A DNA stretch of 42,566 nt from an uncultured Bacilli bacterium (GTDB taxonomy: Bacteria > Bacillota_I > Bacilli_A > RF39 > UBA660), in NCBI GenBank assembly GCA_947629465.1, contig CANRDZ010000002.1, forward strand, positions 1-42,566, written 5' to 3'. The translations under genes and the position numbers were made by a program. The number at the start of each line of letters is the position of its first letter. Position 1 is the first letter of the stretch. Positions 38,116 to 42,566 of the stretch are shown piece after piece. Under the pieces are notes generated by a model, which searched no databases, was not told the DNA's origin, and saw only the letters and a list, made by a program, of their open reading frames with translations.

Positions 38116-38691
38116 TTATTTATTATTTATGTTAAACATTTTATTAATTATAGCATATGATTTTTTAAAATCGTCCATTTCTAAACGTACTACCTTTATA
38201 TTTTTCCAGTCTTTTTCAATTTCATTAGCTAATTTTAAATATTCTTCTTGTTGGGAAATGCTATTTTCTAATTTAAATGTTTGATAATTATGATGGTATT
38301 CTCTATCTAATCTTTTAATAAATAAATCTGTCTTTTTTAAAAATAAACAAATAAAATATATATCATAATTTAAATCATTAAATCTTTTTAATAACTTATT
38401 ATATTGATCTGTAAATTGATAATCTTTATATCCTAATCTAGCATATACTTCTTCTGTAAAAAAAGTCCGATCAAATATTAAATGCATTGGAACATTTTGC
38501 ATATTTTCTAAATAATTCATTAAATAATTATACATATCTATGCTTAATTTTTTACCGTTTAATGATTTTTCTTTTTGTCCTGCAAGCCGATATAAGTTAG
38601 AACTAGGAATATTTTCTCTCAAATAATTTGCTAAAGTCGTTTTACCAGTTCCTTGCGGTCCTTCAATAACAATCAACTTCATTTTTTCCAT
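38116..38691 (-). CDS. P-loop NMP/deoxynucleoside-kinase-fold protein, substrate unknown
   Basis: IVIEGPQGTGKTT P-loop at the N-terminus, DRTFFTEEVY (a DR-like motif as in dNK/dTMP kinases), 191 aa. It does not match canonical Tmk, Cmk or Adk motifs. Confidence 0.6.
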   Translation of the reverse strand: MEKMKLIVIEGPQGTGKTTLANYLRENIPSSNLYRLAGQKEKSLNGKKLSIDMYNYLMNYLENMQNVPMHLIFDRTFFTEEVYARLGYKDYQFTDQYNKLLKRFNDLNYDIYFICLFLKKTDLFIKRLDREYHHNYQTFKLENSISQQEEYLKLANEIEKDWKNIKVVRLEMDDFKKSYAIINKMFNINNK

Positions 38692-38722
38692 AAATAAATC
38701 CCTTTCTAATTTTTAACTACTT

Positions 38723-39952
38723 CTAATAATTTAAAGGATATTTACTTGTAATATCTAATACTTCTTTTTTTAATTTTTCTAATTCTTTTTCATTATCTTT
38801 ATTTTTAAAAGCATTGTCAATAATATGAGCTATATTAATGAAATCATCTTCTTTTAATCCTCTTGTAGTCATTGCTGGACTACCAATTCTTATTCCGCTA
38901 GCAACATTTGCTTTTTCAAGTTCATTTGGAATAGTGTTTTTGTTAACTGTAATATGAATTTGATCAAGTAAAGTTTCAGCTTCTTTGCCAGTAATTCCAA
39001 CACTTCCTTTAACATCTAAAAGTATCATATGAGTATCTGTTCCCCCACTTATTACATGATAACCCATTTTAATAAATTCCTCACTCATAGCTTTTATATT
39101 TTTTACTACTTGTTCCATATATTTTTTAAATTCAGGTTGCAAAGCCTCATAAAAGCATTCAGCTTTAGCAGCAATAACATGCATTAATGGACCACCTTGA
39201 ATACCTGGAAAAACAATTTTATTTATTTTTTTGGCTATTTCTTCATTGTTAGTAAGTATAATTCCCCCTCTAGGGCCTCTTAAAGTTTTATGTGTCGTTG
39301 AAGTAACAACATCAGCATAAGGAAAAGGAGAAGGATGAAGATTAGTAGCCACTAAACCCGCAATATGAGCCATGTCAACAAACATATATGCCCCAACTTC
39401 ATCACATATTTCTCTTATTTTTTTAAAATCTATTACTCTAGAATATGCAGATGCTCCAGCAATAATCATTTTTGGTTTTTCCTCTATAGCTAACTTTCTT
39501 AATTTTTCATAATCAATCATTTCTGAATTAATATCAACATCATAACTAACAATATTATATTCTATACCACTAAAATTAAGTTTATAGCCATGAGTTAAAT
39601 GACCGCCATGAGAAAGATTCATTCCCATTACTTTATCATTTGGATTAAGCAAAGCTTTATAGACAGCCATATTTGCACTAGAACCACTATGGGGTTGAAC
39701 ATTAGCATATTCACAGTTAAATAATTTTTTCGCATATTCTATAGCTTTTTCTTCAAAAATATCAATATATTCACATCCTCCATAATATCTTTTATGGGGA
39801 TATCCTTCAGCATATTTATTAGTTAAAATACTTCCTTGTAATTCCAATATATCTTTTGATACATAATTCTCTGATGCAATTAATTCAATATTTTCTCTTT
39901 GTCTTTTCTTTTCTAATTTTAATGCATTTTTTAAGTATTTATCCATTTTCAT
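38723..39952 (-). CDS. glyA: Serine hydroxymethyltransferase
   Basis: [33 protein letters not shown], and [14 protein letters not shown] (PLP lysine). Confidence 0.97.
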   Translation of the reverse strand: MKMDKYLKNALKLEKKRQRENIELIASENYVSKDILELQGSILTNKYAEGYPHKRYYGGCEYIDIFEEKAIEYAKKLFNCEYANVQPHSGSSANMAVYKALLNPNDKVMGMNLSHGGHLTHGYKLNFSGIEYNIVSYDVDINSEMIDYEKLRKLAIEEKPKMIIAGASAYSRVIDFKKIREICDEVGAYMFVDMAHIAGLVATNLHPSPFPYADVVTSTTHKTLRGPRGGIILTNNEEIAKKINKIVFPGIQGGPLMHVIAAKAECFYEALQPEFKKYMEQVVKNIKAMSEEFIKMGYHVISGGTDTHMILLDVKGSVGITGKEAETLLDQIHITVNKNTIPNELEKANVASGIRIGSPAMTTRGLKEDDFINIAHIIDNAFKNKDNEKELEKLKKEVLDITSKYPLNY

Positions 39953-40772
39953 TCTCCTTTGCCTCTAAAATATTTTCTATCATCATAGCAACTGTCATAG
40001 GTCCAATTCCTCCGGGAACAGGAGTAATATATGAACATTTATCCTTTACATTGTCAAAATCAACATCACCAACAACATGTCCATCTACTCGCGAAATACC
40101 AACATCAATAATAATAGCTCCATCAGAAACCATCTCACTAGTAATAAATTTTGGCTTACCTACAGCACTTATAATAATATCCGCATTAAGCGTATGTTCT
40201 TTGATATTTTTAGTCAAAGAATGGCAAACAGTAACAGTTGCCCCTCTTTGCATTAATAAATGAAATAAAGGCTTACCAACTATATTACTTCTATTAATTA
40301 AACAAACATTTTTCCCTTTTAAATCAATATTATAATAATCTAATAACCTAATAATTCCCTTTGGCGTACATGATACTAATTTTTCTCTTCCTAAATATAA
40401 ACTACCTACTGAAATACAAGAAAAACCATCAACATCTTTATGATAATCTATTTCGTTAAAACACTTTATAATATCTATTGTTTTAGGCACTGGACTTTGA
40501 AGTAAAATGCCACTAACAGCTTTATCTTTATTTAAATTATCTATTAAATTTATTAAATATTCTTCAGTAATATTACTGTCTAAATGAAACAACTCTGTTT
40601 CAATACCAACTTTTTCACATTTTTTTTGCTTATTTTTAATATATATCTCACTTGCACTATCATTACCAACCCAAATAATTGCTAATTTAATTTTATCTTT
40701 TATTTTATTTCTTCTTAAAATTAATTCTTCAATTATTTCATTACTTACTTTTTTTCCATCAAGCAAAATCAT
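39939..40772 (-). CDS. folD: Bifunctional methylenetetrahydrofolate dehydrogenase/cyclohydrolase
   Basis: [28 protein letters not shown], the LLQSPVP-type motif, NRSNIVGKP, and [15 protein letters not shown]. Confidence 0.95.
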   Translation of the reverse strand: MILLDGKKVSNEIIEELILRRNKIKDKIKLAIIWVGNDSASEIYIKNKQKKCEKVGIETELFHLDSNITEEYLINLIDNLNKDKAVSGILLQSPVPKTIDIIKCFNEIDYHKDVDGFSCISVGSLYLGREKLVSCTPKGIIRLLDYYNIDLKGKNVCLINRSNIVGKPLFHLLMQRGATVTVCHSLTKNIKEHTLNADIIISAVGKPKFITSEMVSDGAIIIDVGISRVDGHVVGDVDFDNVKDKCSYITPVPGGIGPMTVAMMIENILEAKENENG

Positions 40773-41791
40773 TTTTCACTCTCCTCAAAAAGGCCATAAT
40801 TATATGTTATACCTAAACTCCTATAAGCTTTTTGTGTTGCTATTCTTCCACTTCTTGTTCTTTTAATAAAACCTTCTTGTAATAAATAAGGCTCTACTAC
40901 ATCTTCAATAGTAGTTACTTCTTCTCCAATACTTGTAGCAATAGTTTCAACTCCTACTGGACCTCCCCCAAATTTATCAATTAAACTTGTTAAGTATTCT
41001 CTATCAATATTATCTAACCCAGTCTCATCGACTTTTAATCTTTTTAAAGCCTTAAGAGTAATATCTAAATCAATTACTCCACTTCCTTCAACTAAAGCAA
41101 AATCTCTTACCCTTCTAAATAAGCGATTAGCTACTCTAGGCGTTTTTCTACTTCTTCTAGCTAATTCCATAGCAGCATCATCATTTACGGCAATATTAAA
41201 TACTTTACCACTTCTTATTACAATATTTTTAAGTTCTTCATAAGAATAATATTCTAATTTTGAAACTATTCCAAAACGATCTCTTAAAGGACTAGATAAA
41301 TCACCAGCCCGAGTTGTAGCACCAACTAAAGTAAATGGTGGTAAATTAATTTTAATACTTTTACTTTTACCTTCTCCTCCACCAATAACTAAATCAATTT
41401 CAAAATCTTCCATGGCTGGATATAAAATTTCTTCTATATAAGATGGCATTCGATGTATTTCATCAATAAATAATACATCACCAGGTTCTAAATTTGAAAG
41501 TATTGCCGCTAAATCACCACTTTTTTCAATTGATGGCCCACTAGCAGTTCTTAAATTTGAACCAAGTTCATTAGCTATAATGTGAGCTAAAGTTGTCTTA
41601 CCAAGGCCAGGAGGGCCATATAATAAAACATGATCTAGTGGTTCATTACGCATTTTAGCGGCTTTTATAAATACTCTTAAATTTTCTTTTATTTCGTCTT
41701 GTCCTACATATTCATCTAAAAATTCAGGTCTAATACTTTGTTCAAAAGCATCTTCTTCTTTTAAATTACTATCAACAAGTCTGTCATTCAT
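40769..41791 (-). CDS. ruvB: Holliday junction branch migration helicase RuvB
   Basis: [11 protein letters not shown], Walker [12 protein letters not shown], Walker B FIDEIHR, and [15 protein letters not shown]. Confidence 0.97.
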   Translation of the reverse strand: MNDRLVDSNLKEEDAFEQSIRPEFLDEYVGQDEIKENLRVFIKAAKMRNEPLDHVLLYGPPGLGKTTLAHIIANELGSNLRTASGPSIEKSGDLAAILSNLEPGDVLFIDEIHRMPSYIEEILYPAMEDFEIDLVIGGGEGKSKSIKINLPPFTLVGATTRAGDLSSPLRDRFGIVSKLEYYSYEELKNIVIRSGKVFNIAVNDDAAMELARRSRKTPRVANRLFRRVRDFALVEGSGVIDLDITLKALKRLKVDETGLDNIDREYLTSLIDKFGGGPVGVETIATSIGEEVTTIEDVVEPYLLQEGFIKRTRSGRIATQKAYRSLGITYNYGLFEESEK

Positions 41792-41866
41792 CTATTCACC
41801 TTCTATCATGTAAATTAACTATATCATATATTTTATAAACTAGCAATGCTTATTGCAAACATTTGT

Positions 41867-42421
41867 TTACTTAAGTAATAACTTTAAAGCATCTTTAACT
41901 TGTTCTTCTAAAGTTTTTGAGTTATCTATAGAAGGAATAATCTTCTTTATTTCATTTGCTTTATATCCTAAATTTTCTAAAACATTTATTAATTCTTCAA
42001 TATTATTTTCTTCCATTTCTTCTTGTTCAGCATAAACTTTTCCTTTTAAATCTAAAATTATTTGTTTAGCTAATTTATCACCTATTTTAGGAAATTTTGT
42101 TAAATATAATAAATTTTCTTTGTTAATAGCATCAACAATACCTTTAATAGAACCTGTTGCAAAAATTCCACTTGCTACTTTAGGCCCCATTCCTTTAACA
42201 TTTATAAGTTTTAAAAATAACTCTTTTTCCTCCATACTTTTAAAACCATATAATGATGATTCATCTTCTCTTATATGATTATAAACATATACTTTATATA
42301 TCTTTCCAACTTCATAACTAAAAGGATTAGGCACATAAATATTATAACCAATGCCATTAACATCAATTACTATGCTATTACTACTTGTACTATCAACAGT
42401 ACCGTTAAAATAATTATACAT
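41867..42421 (-). CDS. ruvA: Holliday junction DNA helicase RuvA
   Basis: MYNYFNGTV..IVIDVNGIGY OB domain, HhH region LINVKGMGPKVA, and a C-terminal domain III. I prefer ATG 42421 (GGTGGTGG about 6 nt upstream) to the track's GTG at 42433. Confidence 0.9.
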   Translation of the reverse strand: MYNYFNGTVDSTSSNSIVIDVNGIGYNIYVPNPFSYEVGKIYKVYVYNHIREDESSLYGFKSMEEKELFLKLINVKGMGPKVASGIFATGSIKGIVDAINKENLLYLTKFPKIGDKLAKQIILDLKGKVYAEQEEMEENNIEELINVLENLGYKANEIKKIIPSIDNSKTLEEQVKDALKLLLK

Positions 42422-42485
42422 TATTACCACCACCCTAATTTTATCAAATTGGCAAAATAAAGTCCACCAATAAGTAGCTAGGAAA

Positions 42486-42513
42486 TAATAAAAAAGCTTA
42501 AAAATTAAGCTTT
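42486..42513 (-). terminator. Rho-independent terminator of a minus-strand gene lying beyond the right edge
   Basis: AAAGCTTAA (42493-42501) pairs with TTAAGCTTT (42505-42513). On the minus strand the stem is followed by TTTTTATTATT. Confidence 0.6.
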
Positions 42514-42566
42514 AAGATAAAGTTTCAGGATTATTTACAACTATACTGAAAATACTTTTAAATGTT

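Noticed and set aside
39856-40263. 135-aa plus-strand ORF across the glyA/folD junction
   Set aside because: It is antisense to two highly conserved enzymes. It has low-complexity hydrophobic/Ser/Thr content and no start context.
41853-42460. Plus-strand ORFs 41853-42035 and 42275-42460 over ruvA
   Set aside because: Antisense shadow ORFs within or overlapping ruvA.

Overview
This is a very AT-rich (about a quarter G+C by eye), tightly packed chromosomal segment from a low-GC Bacillota (Firmicutes) genome. It uses the standard code: TGA acts as a stop (for example the mreC/mreD ATGA overlap) and Trp is TGG. Almost all of it is housekeeping, and the gene order resembles the Bacillus ruvAB-queA-tgt, spoVB-comN, relA-dtd-hisS-aspS, tcdA-rarA and mreCD-spoIVF-rplU-ysxB-rpmA neighbourhoods.

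Plus-strand block (0.1-28.2 kb):
- Envelope, competence and replication: SEDS protein, comEA, comEC, holA, mnmA, with a convergent MurJ/SpoVB-type flippase.
- Stringent response: comN-like gene, rel, dtd.
- A His T-box leading hisS-aspS(archaeal type)-asnS-gatCAB.
- Cell shape and sporulation-type proteases: mreC, mreD, a methyltransferase-like gene, a degenerate M23 protein (SpoIVFA-like) and an M50 protease (SpoIVFB-like).
- L21 leader, rplU, prp, rpmA.
- A coupled pair: a cadherin-like surface protein and a HerA/FtsK-type ATPase.
- A candidate 6S RNA, then tcdA.

Minus-strand block (28.2-42.4 kb): gpsA, rarA, (xerD on +), a small unannotated N/R-rich ORF, zupT, an HTH plus Cys-rich membrane protein operon, DUF421, tgt, queA, a P-loop kinase-like gene, glyA, folD, ruvB, ruvA.

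Main non-obvious observations:
1. A strong dif (XerCD) site at 32449-32476, close to the coding-strand polarity flip. This suggests the window spans the replication terminus.
2. A promoter-driven structured RNA of about 170 nt, with 6S-like architecture, upstream of tcdA.
3. The cadherin-like/HerA-like two-gene module, the best candidate here for an uncharacterised system.
4. A 46-aa low-complexity small ORF that the ORF track missed.
5. An iteron-like 10-mer/palindrome cluster beside dif.

I saw no rRNA genes, tRNA genes, CRISPR arrays or transposases.
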